DNA of 64,000 nt from Octopus vulgaris (taxonomy: Eukaryota): assembly GCA_951406725.2 (NCBI GenBank), contig OX597832.1, positions 9,672,001 to 9,736,000 of the forward strand. Reading direction: 5' to 3'. The translations under genes were made by a program, and so were the position numbers. Shown in pieces: positions 1-14,625 of this stretch. Each line of letters starts with the position of its first letter. Position 1 is the first letter of the stretch. Under the pieces are notes generated by a model that did no database searches, had not been told where the DNA came from, and saw nothing but the letters and a program-made list of their open reading frames with translations.

Positions 1-1043
1 ACCACGTGCTTTCACATAACAACTCTCTCTCTCTCTCTCTTTCGCACAACCACCCACACACACACACACCCACATATATGCGTGTTGCGTTTATTTAAGT
101 TGCGATATCGTCACACTCGTCACCCTCAAGCGGACGAGGAATGCACGTAGAAAAAATCTTATTTTGCAAAATAAAGTTAACAAGGGGTTCCCTGTTTTGG
201 AGGATATTATATTTTATATATAAGCTATGAGTGCAATGCTTGCGAGAGCCGTAAGGAAATGAATTTAAATGCATGACGACGTCTTTACTTTCTGCTTATT
301 TAATGTGCGATATTAAATATATACACACACACACAAAAGCACCCCCACCAAACACAAAAGTGAAGTATATGCAGTGATGTATATACGTAAAAAGGATATA
401 CATACACAGCGCAAACACACACACACACGCACGCACACACATACACGCCTCTCGCTGTATATATGTATATATATATATATATATACATACATATATATAT
501 ATATATATATACACATATATCGATATAACATGCGCACATATGTCAAGTACAGATTAAGTGCAGGTACGTATATATATATATGTCTATGTGTGTGTGTGTG
601 TGTTGTTATGTAAGTGTATATTTATATACATGCATGCATGCATAAATATTTAATCACATTCGTACGCAATCATGTTATAGTTATTGAATCTCGTTCCTAA
701 AATAGACGCCTTACTTTCCAGTTCTTGCTTAAGCTGAACGTTTTCTACTCGATACAACATTCACATTTCTCCTCGATACAACATTCACAGCCAGGGCATC
801 AGCGCTTTAATTGTAAATACACACACTAAAAGTGCAAGATACATTGATAGATTGATAGGTATGTTTGTGCGTGCGTGTACCTACAGAGAATGAAAGAGAT
901 ACATATAAATAGATAGATATATAGTTAGGTAAATTCATATTTGTATACATGTATACGCATAAACGTACAAATATATAATTCTAATCCATGTTTTTATAAA
1001 TGACATAAATGAAGTGCAGTTCTCTATTTAAGAGAGGAGGAAT

Positions 1044-1228
1044 TACGTGCATTATTTACATTATTTCCATTCGACGGATATTTGTCCACGGGCATATGGC
1101 GTAGTGAGTTAAGAGCTTCCGAGGTCGATTCCAGGCAGTGTCCTGAACAACAACAACAACAACAACAACAAAATAATAACAACAACAACAACAACAACAA
1201 CAACAGCAATGATAATAATAATAATAAT

Positions 1229-1302
<74 letters not shown>

Positions 1303-1472
1303 GAACAACAACATCGAAAAATACCTTAGGAATGAGAACCCAGGTTCGAAATTTCCCAAGTCAATTGAAGGAGGCTGGAGGGCATATGATCCAAAACGTG
1401 TTAACAACAAACTAGATGAGGACAAATATCCGCCGAATGTAAATGATGTAAATAAAGTAAATAATGCGCATT
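1044..1472 (+). mobile_element. Composite SINE-like element: inverted terminal copy + tRNA-like head + (CAA/TAA)n + Penelope pLTR-like tail
   Basis: A-box TGGCGTAGTGAG (1097-1108), B-box-like GGTCGATTCC (1123-1132), acceptor-stem-like GGGCA/TGTCC, microsatellite 1147-1312. The tail has a decayed HHR-like string TTGAAGGAGGCTG...AAAACGTG (1365-1400). 1047-1087 is an imperfect reverse complement of 1420-1470. Confidence 0.6.
1147..1312. repeat. (CAA)n/(TAA)n microsatellite
   Basis: Read directly; it explains the poly-Q/N/L/I ORFs. Confidence 0.95.
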
Positions 1473-2429
1473 ATTGAGATGTTAATAAAAAATTGTAATT
1501 AACAGAGTTTGAGTGAAACTTTTGCAACTGATACGATCGCTGTAGAAATTATTTGAAACAATGTCCTCGGAGACGTAGTGTTAATGCAGTAATGAGACGA
1601 AAATAAACATAAGTTTTTCTGTCTTTGGTCTGCGGCCATGATAGTCAGGCTTCCTTGAATACAGCAGTATTTACATTCTCGTAAGTTTGGTAGTTACTCT
1701 AACGGACTCGCTTGCCGAACCACAAATACCGGCTGCAAGGCGGGGATGGGGAGAAATACAAACACAAATACACACACATACATGTATAAGTACATACACA
1801 TATGCATATAAGTACATATACATATACATACACATACACACAAATATATTTATATATATAGATATATATATGTATATATATATTTATATATATGTATATA
1901 TGTGTGTGTGTATATGTGTGTGTGTATATATACATTTACATGCAGATAGATAGATACACATTCATATATATATATGTTGACACACACACACACACTCACA
2001 CACACTTACACACATCATACACGCATTCCGACACACATATAAGAAACTTTGTATATGCACTTGATCGGTTTTAGTTCCGATTTTCAGAAGTATGATAAAT
2101 TGCGCTGTGTCTCGAATTTTATATTTCCTGTAGTTATAAGATTTGTTCTGGAAGTAAAAATGCGGCTCAGATCACCATCCGTTAACTAGTAAATGTTCAC
2201 GAGAGAGCCGTACGAAAAGAAGTGAGAAAAAGTGATCCCTAATTACGTGATAATCATTTTATGTTATCTCTCGCACATGTATGGGGAGTGATGATGAGTG
2301 AAACTTGATTTATGTAAAAAAATTAATAGTGGTATAGACAGTTGTTGCTTATTATTCTCTTCAAGAACTATCCGACTGAATTATTGTTTTTAAAAGTATC
2401 GTATTATATATAATGCCAAATAATAGTTC

Positions 2430-3040
2430 GTTAAGCATGAAATTTGTAGAAAAGAAAAATATAAGTTTGCCAATGTTTTATAAATACAAGGAATAGGTTT
2501 ATTCATCAAAGTGTGCACACATATTGTCAATAAAATGTTGCCATTTCAGGGGCTAGTTTGTCCCGCCCGGAATTATAAAAGCTTGGCAATATAGAGTCAA
2601 TACAACGTTGTAAGGCCTTTGGAAGCATCGTCGTAATAATTTTTTTTTCTTATCAAAAATTGATCCAAATTCTGGAAAAAGTGGAAGTTAGTGGGGGCAA
2701 GATCAGCTGAGTAGGGTGGATGAGGGAGAACTTCCAAATCCAACTCTTGTAGTTTCACCAATGTCATTTTTGCAATGTGTGTCTGGCGTTGTCTTGCAAT
2801 AAAACAAGAGTGGATCTCTTGACTAGTCGAGGCCGATTTTTGTAAGTTTCTACATCAATTGGTCCATTTAGCTGCGGTATACTGCGGCCGTGATTGATGG
2901 ACTAAATTTAATGAAATCATAATGGATTAGACCTGCACCAGACCACCAAATACGCACCATCAGCTTGTTTTGATGAATTTTGCTTTTTGGTCTGTGGTTT
3001 GGTGGCTCGACTTTGTCCCATCATTGTGCCTTCACATTAT
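2430..3040 (-). pseudogene. Decayed mariner transposase C-terminal fragment
   Basis: Minus strand reads LLQDNAR...QELDLEVLPHPPYSADLAPTNFHFFQNLDQF, matching mariner HDNARPH / YSPDLAP-D motifs; frameshifted; ends approximate. Confidence 0.85.
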
Positions 3041-6000
3041 ACAATGGTAAGAATATATTCTTATGAATGTTCAATACATATATTCAATATTATATTTATG
3101 AACATACAATCCTCACGGATTACACATAATCACACACTTACTCACGCATACACACACAAATACATACATGATTATACACATATGTCCCGGCGTCCGCAGG
3201 GAAAAGTTTGTGTATGTATATATACGTATTTCTTCACATGTAGGTATAAATGATTGTGCATGAGTGTCTGTGCGTATATATGGGTACGTAAGTCTGCAGA
3301 AACGAAAACGAACTACTCTGTGAAGTTGTTTGATAGAAAAACATATATGTTTTCACTCTAACCCAACATGTGTGTGATGTAATCTCTTAAAATCAGTATA
3401 CCACATCCTTAAATATTCCAAAATTATGTATATACGTATACCTATGTATATACGTATACCTGTGTATACATCATCTATTGAATTTGTTCTCCATAGCTGT
3501 GATCCTGAGGTATATATCTTACATTATATAGAAGGCATATTTTACTGGATATTGCATATAGAAATATTACAGTCACCATACATGTATCAAGGCGTTTGTT
3601 CAACAAATGTTTGTATGTAGGTATACACGCAAAAATTAGTAGGGTCACGTTTATATATGCAGGCATACGCATACATACCCATACGTGTATATACTCAGGC
3701 ATAGGCGCAAACATATGAATATAGAAACATATATGCACGTACACAGAAATAGATGTATACATGTACAAACAGACACACTGTTAGGTGATCATCTATTTGG
3801 TGTAAGAATCTGCCAACAAATCTGAAGAAGGTCACTGAAAACTTCTACCTCATTCTATGTTAAATGTCAATTCCAATTATGTGCAAATACATTTGAAGAA
3901 AATAGAACTCTTGAGAAAAATAAAGACGAATTTCTACGAATGAAGTTGAACAAAAAATATTAAATGCAAAGTATATGCGTTCATTTCCTGTGATGTACTA
4001 CAATTATATTTCTTTACTATAAATTCTTTTAGAACTAACTTTGATGTCACTAACTAGAATCTACTTTTTTTTCAAGTAACTATTGCTTATCGGATTTTTC
4101 AAACAATCTTCGAATATTACTTTTTCTTTTTGTGAAATTGCATTACATTATCAATGTAGAATTTTAGTTAATACTTGGACATGCAATCACTAAAATGTGT
4201 AAATTATATTACTGTCAAAATCTTTAGTATGATTTCATCTATTCCAATCGAGAATAACTCAATATATAACGATTTCAAAATAGGCGCGCAACAAAAGACT
4301 TGGATGTTTCAGTCGTAAATTTGAACCCAAATCATTATTACGTTATATTATCGAACGTTAAAGACCAGTAGTTGACATCAGTTGCTTTGTCTCAGCCTCA
4401 AAAGCAACACAACAAAAGTAAATGTCGGCATAATTTGGACGAAAAATGTTACATGCTTTAATCAATTTGCCGCCTTCCCTTTTCTCTGACGCCAACTTCT
4501 GTAGAATCAATCAGCGTTGTATATTGGACAACGCAACCAGCAACTCTAAACAATTTACGGTTCTAAAAGAAGGCATATTGGGCGAGAAAGTAGTGGTAGA
4601 TATAAAAAAGTGAGGTGGTTATCGCTGATCAACGCTTTACATGTAATTCTGAAGCATAGTTTGTGAAAATAAATGTGCAATACCTTCTTCACACTTACAT
4701 AATAAAAAAACATGCTAATATATTCACATTTTCAAAAATTATTTAGAAGCGTGCATTTGAATATATCCGATGACGTAACTGTTTTTCACTCCTTTCATCG
4801 ATTCTGAAATGGCAACCTTGATATCACTCTAACAGAAATCTGTACATAAGAGTCACACAACTTCTATCTATTTTAGCTGAATGGACTCTGACGTTGTATG
4901 GTTCAATCAGTGTAAAATAAGAGCTCTTACAGAGATCCGGAAACACAGCTTGTGATGGAGGGAGATAGCCTGTATACTGAACCCAGATATTCTATTTTAG
5001 TGATTGACGAAATTTATTTCAAAGACTGCCCATGGCAACTGGGAGAGTGAAAGGGCAACTTCAGTGATAACATGTGACGAACATGCACGTCCTGTTCATC
5101 CGTTGAATCACATATTTTACATATTACAAATATTAGCTCAATGATCGATACAAATGTAAAGAATTTCACTTCATTTGAATCTCCTGCCATTTTTCCACAC
5201 AGTCCATAATATGAACAGTTTCCTATATTTTATCGAACCATACGGAGGCTAACATGGTAGAAAACTGTAGCCACTACAAATAATAAGATACTAATCTATA
5301 CGATAAACAATACTAGTTCGGATTCTACACCAACCATTTAAATGTATCTAATATACACAAATTCAATCTGTTACAATGCTAATCTGAAAATAAGACCTTT
5401 ACTTTTTGACACTTACACGAGCTTTCGTTTAATAAATTCTCTGTGAATTTTGAGATTTATTAATTTCCCTTTAAGCACCGATTTGAATTTGGCTGTGGTG
5501 GGCACTGTAAGTTATTACGTAGAAGTAAATTAGGAAAGCACCGGTACTACATCACTTTCGATATAAATGAGTGCCTCATTAATTTTATAGGTAATGTAAC
5601 TTTGTTCTGAATGAAAAATTATCATTATAAAGAACACATGTTTCTCCTTGAAAGAAATTTCGAATCTACTTGAATAAACAGCATGCAAAATATTTCCATG
5701 CTTATATGTGATGTAAATTCAAGTCATCAAACTAGTAAAGTGAAAGACACTGCGGTACAGCATTTTTATCGAGTAAACTACATTAAGAATTATAATAAAT
5801 ATCTCAAATCTTACTTGATTGCATGTGGTTATATTGATCGTATGAACGTTAATGCTGAACATTAATTACACTGATAAAAAATTGTTGCTAAACTAAAGCA
5901 AAATAAACAAACTAGTACTGATGCAAAATAGTGTCAAATGTTTAATGTGTATAATTAAATTAAAATGAATTTTTGCTAAGCTCGCTAAGAATCTAGTGTT

Positions 6001-6289
6001 CATAATGTGTATCATATTCTAGGATATTTAGTAATTATTCCAATGCAGATAGTTACAAAAATAAAAATGCGAATAAAGCACAGAAACACAGAAACACACA
6101 TACACACGTACACACATATATACCCTTATATGCATGTGTGTATGTATGCAGATATATATACATATATACATATATATATATATATACATATTCATATACA
6201 TATATATATGTATATATATATACACACTGAGATAAATATATAATACTTATAAATGCGTATATATTTATATACGTATGTATATATATATA

Positions 6290-6348
<59 letters not shown>

Positions 6349-7886
6349 ACACACATTTATGTACACATATGTCTACATATGCATGCATACATTTATTTCT
6401 TAGTTTATTACTGTACAGTTATTTCCTCAAATATTATTTTGCTATTTGAAATCTGAAATTAAATTTCGAATATACTCTCAATAGCATCATTATTGGCTTC
6501 AGCATCACAATCATCGCCCTGATAGTCATCATCTTTTTCTACCATCGTCATTATTACCAGTATCTCTATGTTTAACATGTTATCAGTTTTTGCACTTAAA
6601 TGTTGAAGTTTCCTTATAATCATTTCATTTTAAACATTATTGAGTGTATATTACACAGAACGTCTGATATTTTCTTCTTCCACCTCAGAATTGTTTTGCT
6701 TTTGTACCTACGTAACACTTTCCAAACCAAAGCTATATACAGGTCAGTTATAGTCACTTCAATAAAGATAAAACGCTCCGAGTGAGAGCCCTATCATCTG
6801 AGGATTTATATGTTTATATTTATATATATTTCCAAAGTCTTTCTTTATGAACAAGTAACGTAAATGTGTTTGGGGGCTTCAAAAAACGAATGAGTGGTAT
6901 AGTGCATCTTCTGAAAACATGCTTAAACCAAATCTATATTTGAAATTTACATGATATATATCTCTTCTATATTTTCCATATTGTGTAACACTCCTACAGG
7001 AAGAGAATAACAATTATTGAAGTATATTATTTGCTATATACGTCTTTACCGCTATGTCTATTTTGTACTCCTAGCAGCAATGAGAGATGCAAGACAGTTA
7101 TTAGCTTATTAGAATAAAAAAAATTTCATAAGGAATGGAAGATAGATTTTTCGGTACATTTGCTTGTATGAATGTCCTCTATATGCTTTTGCTATTGACG
7201 GTTACATAGAAAGAATATGACGTGGCACACATATAAAGAAACAGGTGACGCGCAGAACTTAAACTTCACTATCTGCAAATTCAAAGCAAAACAAATGAAG
7301 TTACAAACACAAAACCACGATGTAATTATCCCATCTTAGGCACACAGTTTCTTAAGATCGGTAAGTTGAAAAATTTTGTTATTATGAATTTGACGTCCTC
7401 ATATAACGTTTATCTCGTATTGTTTCTCTCAAGAACAATTTAAGAGAATGAAAAAAAAAATTAATTGAAATTACATGACTTAGATATTTCTTGCTTTGTT
7501 TATCATTACGACAATACGATCATATATTTGAAAACATATGAAGTAAATGTAAAATATACTTCGAATAGCTTTATTACGTCAGGGTTTATAACACAAAATT
7601 CCAATTCACTAGATATCTCCTTACATATATCTAATACATGATATTCATATAAGCATGATTATTTTTCTGTAGTCTTACGCGTGTTTTAAGTTGCCATTGG
7701 CCAACAGAATATATCTCTCCGCTCAATCAGTCCGCATATACTATTTCTGTCTCTCATTATAATGACTAGTTATAATGAAAATATGCATAATTTTAATGGA
7801 CTCTGTATGTATGTACGAGGTGAGTACTTTTTTGATAGAATGTTTCTGATCTTGTTAAACATAAAATTATGTATGGCAAATTGTAA

Positions 7887-9481
7887 TCCATATATATATA
7901 AAACAGATGTCAGTGTGTTTGTCTGCGTTTGTATGCTCTTTATGCCTTTCCACATTTTTCAACCGATTTCGCTCAAACTTGACACACTGATAGCTCATAT
8001 TTCAAGAGTGATCATGATGTATCTTATATTTTTGAGACCCCTCGCGTATGCCCCAAAACTGCGAATAAATGGTCAGAAAACAATTCTTTGCCCATAATTC
8101 ACTTGTTTTGGGAGTGATTTCTTCCAAATTTGAGACGAACATTACTCATGATATAAATTTTTTGCCAAGGTCATCCGTGTTAATTGTGAAAAATACCCGA
8201 ATAACTGCGTAAAAATCGGTTTCCTGGCAATAACCTCCGCAGTTTCCAGCCCATTCGCTCCACATTTGACACAGACATTATTCAGGGTTTACGAATTGCT
8301 TTAAAACATTTTTTCCTCAAGTCAATATGCGTTGAATGGGAAAAGTCTGCGAATAACTGCGTAAAATTCTGCTTTATGCCTACCCATGCTTAATTGACTG
8401 ATTTAAACTAAATATTTGTCAAATCATTAGAAAAAAAAATGGGAATGTAAGAAAGATTTGTTAATTTGTATAATTTAACTGTTAAATGGTACTGCTTGAG
8501 AGCGGGGCTCAATTCAGTCATTTCAGCATCATTAATTTTATTATTTTTATACATCTTTCATTTTTCATTCAATTTATGTTTTTGCGCCTACTGTGGTATT
8601 CTGTCTGTCCTTGTGTTGTCACTCTATGTTATGGTCGCAGTGCCAACGAAAGAATTACAGCGGGAGAGGTATACCATACGGGGCCAGTCTCGCAGACAAA
8701 GAAATGTGTCGTTATAATGCGGGATATATCAACAACCCAACACTGCTGCCATGTCACCTAAGAAAAGAACGCACCTCGGTCGAAGAAAACAGAGTCTATT
8801 TCAGCTGTCAAAAGAAGGAGGGCGAGACATGTTTCTCTCAAAGCCAGTTACAGGCCGCATGCTCCAGAGCTAGAAGCAAACAAAATCTATTCGTACTTGC
8901 CCCTAATAGCAAAACGAAAAATGTAGTCTACAGTGAAGTGTTGTATGCACTTCATGCGCGAACTGCTTTCAAATCCGTGAACCTTGGTGCCTCCACTACA
9001 CAAGTGCAACCTTACAGAGCTGATATGTGGTAACTGATTGATACTGTAGTCATGCTTTCAAATTTACTACCTTTCCTCAACCATGTTACTTCTCCTTTGT
9101 CCAACCTTGGTGTGTCAGTTGTTTTCACACAGTTTCAATTTCGCTGCAGCAGTTCCGTTGCTTTCGGTATAAATTAAAAAGGGACCCTTTTCAAAGCCAC
9201 TTTACATACGATTGTTACATCACAGAAAACGCATTACAAGAGAAAGCCCTTTTAAGGGCACTCGTGATTGTTACACCATCTGAGAACACATTAAAGCCTT
9301 TCCCAGGACTTCATATCAAACTGTTGCCGCGTGGCTTCATCGTTACAGCATTTTTGTTAAATTTGTGTTACAATAAGCGACCAATTATGTTACAATAACG
9401 TTATTTCTAACATAGGAAAATTACTAATGATCAAAAACATTGTTGTATGTTATCCCGAGCAACGTCGGGTACTTCTGCTAG
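7887..9481 (+). mobile_element. Internally deleted non-autonomous Helitron with helicase C-terminal remnant
   Basis: A|TC 5' end (TCCATATATATATAAAA). The 3' hairpin CCCGAGCAACGTCGGG is followed by CTAG|T at 9478-9481. ORF 8593..9033 contains CFSQSQLQAACSRARSKQNLFVLAPNSKTKNVVYSEVL, matching the RepHel PIF1-helicase end (FSHGQLYVACSR...TKNVVY.EVL). Confidence 0.9.
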
Positions 9482-9699
9482 TACTCTATAATATTTGTAA
9501 TACCTCTTTTTTCTGGAGCAAACTTATGACAATGTGTTTGTGAATGTGACATATTATGAATGAAAATGTGATACAAGTACATTGAATATATATCACACTA
9601 AATCACTAGAAAGATTACTGGAAAAAACTATAATTTGCCTTCTTTCTCCGTCACATTCTATTTCTTAATAACTTCGGTAAAATTATTATTTCGTTTGTT

Positions 9700-9765
9700 T
9701 TTACGTTCTGAGTTTAAATTCCGCAGAGGTCGACTATGCTTTCCTCCTTTCGGGGTCGATAAACG
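9700..9765 (+). mobile_element. tRNA-derived SINE fragment (same family as 14945-15170)
   Basis: ACGTTCTGAGTTTAAATTCCGCAGAGGTCGACTATGCTTTCCTCCTTTCGGGGTCGAT matches 15011-15070. Confidence 0.8.
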
Positions 9766-11543
9766 GTGACAACGCGGATCACTAAAAGAGTTCACGACCT
9801 TCCATTTACCGGGTAGAATTCCTCTTTCAGCTGAGACTCCTCGATAATTGATTTGCTACTTACCTTTAAATGTTCAGCTAAATATAGCATGATCCAATAA
9901 AATATACACCATCCATATAAATTGATGATTACAATTATTTATATGATTGTAATTCATAATTGTATTAGTTACATTTTCTCAATCACTAAAGTCGTTCATT
10001 AGCAAATTTTATTAATATGTAGAAAAATTCCTCTTCACACACCTGTGACGGGGGACTCACTGAACTACAATATTACAGGCCCTGGCAAACTGCAGAGATA
10101 TTCTGCTGCGTGATCTTCTCTAGCAAAACTTGGAGTTTCCTGACTGTGTGAAGAGACAGATTCACGAGAGCTGTCTTTGGACTTTCAATGCAAAAGCAGT
10201 GCCTGAATACAGATACACATGCACACATGAATATATACTCCAATGCCTGGTCTCCATAGGAAAGGAATGAAGTCACTTGTGATCCGTTTTCCCTTTCTCT
10301 TCTTAGGGGTATGTATATTGAACATACTTTGTGAATACATACGCGAAGATATTGTTAAAAGTATCTTGTAGAACAGGTATTTTAAAACATTTGTTTCATA
10401 TATATAAATATATAGTGTAAAACTATTTACCCATCATATTGATTTAGCATGTTGGCAGAAGGCCAGGAATATCGGAGGAGCATTTAGTCAATTACATGAC
10501 ACCAGTGTTCTTAGTTTATCAACCCTAAGGTAGGAACGAAAATCCAATGCTGGCATCATTTCAACACGTAACTAGGAATGAATGCTGCTAAGCATTTTTC
10601 AGGAGATTCCGTCGTATTGTTATTGTTTCCCAGTGGATATCGTTGGTCCCTAGAATTTTTCCTTTGTATACTGTGAATTTGGTCACATCATATCAGCGGA
10701 GATCACATTTTGGTGTTGATGATTTCACGTATTACGTACGTTGACAGCTGCTGAGACTTCCGCATCATTATTTTCTCTTGCCGCTGCCCTTGCTCTCAAG
10801 CCACATATAGCGTAAAACGGCTAAAGCAAGCTGAAATCACATAACCTAGTTGTCCGCGAAGCAGAAGTAGCAGTGTCTGTCTGTTACTGGCGATTGTTAG
10901 GACGTGCTTTTATGTACTATGTAACCTTATGAGAGATTTTTCTCTTGGTAAATGTTGGAGTATTTGTGTGTTCTGATGTAACATCCACTTTTAATTGGTG
11001 AATATAATTTGCCTTTGGGTATTAATATTGCCTCTCTTGCTTTGTTTATTTTTATAATATGTTTGAAGTATATATATTAAATATGAAAATATAGAATGGA
11101 TAATTCAGCAACGATTGAAAAATTTTTGTGAAATTAATTATATAACCGAGCGATACAAACAGCCAAATATCTTCATGAACATCCGAAAAAAAACTTTGCC
11201 GCTACCTGGTATGTTAGAAGCTATTATTTATGCCCCAGTTCAAGTGACTTTATTATCATACACAAAAGCAAAACCAGAATATAGCTTCAGCACATTTTAC
11301 ATTTCATTTACATTCATATAGAAACACATGATTTTATTTTATATATATAATGTGAATTTCTTATACTTTATATTTTGCTAGAACATGCATTTTCTACTTC
11401 AGGAATCGTCAACGCTTCGTAATAGGATTTTCATAACCACTGTGTAGATAGAATGCCAGTGAAATATACTAAGAAAAGACATATCCATATTATCTCAAGA
11501 AATTCTGAGACATGTGTTTAAAAATATTCTATAATCAATATTT

Positions 11544-11611
<68 letters not shown>

Positions 11612-12487
11612 CGTGTGTGTATGTATCTGTTAGGTTTCACTTTATTCCTTTTCATATGAAATTCATCAAAGTAATCGTTTTCTTTCATTCCTATCTTTTC
11701 TCAAGCAAATACGATATCTAAAGAATTTCGTTCAATTACATAAACGATATTTCTTTTGTGGCAGTAACGTTTCAAACGTATGGAAAGTTTAACATAAATA
11801 TATCACATGCATAACAATGCGTGATAGGTTTGTTTTATCGCAGAATATTTGCTTCTCAGTATCGCTTACGCTTAGCTTTTAGATAGAATGCTATAACAAT
11901 ATTTACCGTACATGCCCACTCACACTTAAGAGACTAGCTTCCATTCTCTACAAACGTCGTCCATAGAAAGTCAGCAGATATGCTGAGCATTGCGATATCG
12001 ATGAATGACTACACTCTGTTTTGCACGAAAAATTTCGAATAAATATGACCGCTTTGCATGTTATACATAATATATTTTTGTACGAAACTTAATGTTTCCG
12101 TGAATAGACACAAAGTTTAATAAGGGAGCAATGCTTTGGTTAGGGCGACAGTAATATATTTAAAAGAAATGTATACACGATGTTAAACGTATCATACACA
12201 TAACATGAGAGTAGCAACACATCACAGCATGCTGTACATTATTCTATAGAAGGTAGTATTCTACTGCTTTGTTATAATGCAATATAAAAAGCAAACTAAG
12301 ATTGATTAGCAGTCTCCAAAATGTAATAATTAACAACAACCGATTTTCTACCATGAGGGGATACATCTTATACGCATTTCCTGGCGTTACACATAAATTC
12401 ACATTAGATGATGGGGTGGCGGAATCTATAGCGCATCGGACAAAACGCACAGATGTATTTTATATACACATATTATATATATATATA

Positions 12488-13104
12488 CTAGCAGTATCGC
12501 CCGGCGTTGCTCGGGTTTGTAAGGGAAATAACTATATAAGCATTTTTAGAGAGTTATAGCCAAAAAATAGCAAAAAATGCATTAAAAATGGAAAAAATAT
12601 GATGGTAATTTTTTTTAAAAATCGTTGACTCATCGTAGACATTTTTAGAGAGTTACTTCCCTTATATAATAGCGAAAAAATGAATTAAAATGGAAAAAAA
12701 AAAAACGATGGTAATTTTTTTTTTTAAATCGTAGACTCATGTAGACGCTTTCTTAGGCATGAAGTCGTTGTTCTAAAATAACGCTGGTCTCCTTGACAAC
12801 GCATTACGACGTTGATTTCCTTACACTCCCTTCCCCACAGGTGCAGGTGTGAGCGTGGACGCCAACTCCGCCGCCATCGATACACGAAAAATTATGCATT
12901 AAAATGGAATAAAAAATGATGTTAAATTATTTTTAAAATCGTAGACTCATCGTAGACGCGCGCTAATACTCAGACGGGCTCAACATGAATCACGACTATA
13001 AGCTACCCGAATTTGGTTAAACTGCACCGCAAAATGTGGGAGTAGTTAGGAATCTAAATCGAAGGGGACAGACACTCACACAACTACAGTTTTATATATA
13101 TAGA
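12488..13104 (-). mobile_element. Non-autonomous Helitron
   Basis: On the minus strand: A|TCTATATATATAAAA start and hairpin CCCGAGCAACGCCGGG + ...CTAG|T end. It contains internal repeats of the AAAATCGTAGACTCATCGTAGAC unit and is the same family as 33098-33489. Confidence 0.9.
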
Positions 13105-13149
13105 TATACATAGCGCAGTAGTGGTGAGATGTGACAGCAAAGAAAATCA

Positions 13150-13560
13150 TACATTCACTCTCTGCTTGCAATTAGACTCGGAAAGTTCGTGAGGAACCCA
13201 TTGACCCAATTTGCTGACTTTTCCGATAGCACACAGGTCTCAATGAATGGTTGAATGACCAAATCCAAGCTTCTCTGCTAGTTCCTCAACAGTTACGATG
13301 AGATTTTGTTCCACCAGGGTTTTCAGGATGAGGCTCGTCTTCTAGGCTGTAGTTTATGGCTCGGAATTTCTGGAACCACCATTGACACTGCCTTACGCTT
13401 ATTGTCCAATCCCCATATACTGCATAAATATTTCTTGTACTTTCCGTTGCGTTGTTGTCTTTATTGAACTCTTAAAGCAAAATATGCCAAATATGCTCCT
13501 TTGTTACTTCCAACATAGCTTTGAAAAAAATAGCTGTTAAAATCGAAATGCACTCTTCAA
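13150..13560 (-). pseudogene. Decayed mariner transposase N-terminal fragment
   Basis: Minus strand reads LKTLVEQNLIVTVEELAEKLGFGHSTIH*DLCAIGKVSKLGQWVPHEL (second HTH plus the WVPHEL motif). Confidence 0.85.
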
Positions 13561-14065
13561 AACTTGCACTATGAATAAGGACAAGATAAAATTACTACCT
13601 GCTTTTATAGCAAGTTAATATAAGTAGTTTATCCCATTCCCCTCTGACATTTAGTTCAAGCTGTTGAAAAAACCGCATTATTATATATATATACATACAT
13701 ACATACATATACACACACACTCTCTCTCTCACACACACATGCACACATTTATATTCTGTTATTCTTTTATATGTTTCAGCCTTGAGGTTGTGGCCATGCT
13801 GGATCATGTGTGTGTGTGTGTGTGTGTGTGTCTATCTGTCTGTCTGTCTGTATGTATATATGTATATGTATGTGTATGTGTGTGAACAATAATATTTTCA
13901 ACAGATGTGTTGCAAATGTATCTGATTGTTCTCAAGCTTCAATACTGTGTGTGTGTGTATGTGTGTGTGTGTGTGTATGTATGTATATGTATGTATGTAT
14001 ATGTATGTATGTATGTATGTGTGTATGTATGTATGTGTGTGTGTATGTATGTATGTGTGTGTATA

Positions 14066-14096
<31 letters not shown>

Positions 14097-14625
14097 ATGT
14101 ATGTATGAGTGTATGTTTACTTTATTACTAACACAAGCCACTACGGTTATTTAATGTAAAGTCTTCCTCAAATCACTCTCTCTTGCTATTTACTCTCTTC
14201 CAAGAACATTTTCACTCACTCTTATGTCTTAGCTTCTCATACATTTTACTCATGTATCTATCAGCGTCATAGACAGAAACAAATATTACATCGCCATCGT
14301 CACCGCACTCTATTGTCTACCTGTCAACACACTGAATTGCTTTCACTTTATTCGTAGCACACTGTGTGTGCGTTTGCGTGTGCTGTAAACCAGACTAAGA
14401 AAAGCATTTGACATACACACCAGAATGTGAGTTTTCTGTAAATTTTGCTTAATTGGAGTTTAAATTTTAAAAACTGGACCTGGCATGACCCGATGCATTC
14501 TACTCTTAAAAATGCTAGGTAAATTGTAATTGAAGAAATCCTATATTGTAGATTTCTATAAGATACAAAGGGAGGCAGATAAAATCTGCCTTTTATAATA
14601 AGATATAATAAGATATATATATATA

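Noticed and set aside
1090-1146. Possible tRNA gene
   Set aside because: The anticodon arm is missing and there is no terminator; it is a SINE-like head.
3820-3850. CTGAAGA...GAAA spacing like an HHR
   Set aside because: No stem II or stem III pairing.
4877-4920. TTTTAG followed by EWTLTLYGS, resembling a proprotein convertase P-domain exon
   Set aside because: Very short, in-frame stop follows, the donor site is weak and no other matching exons were seen.
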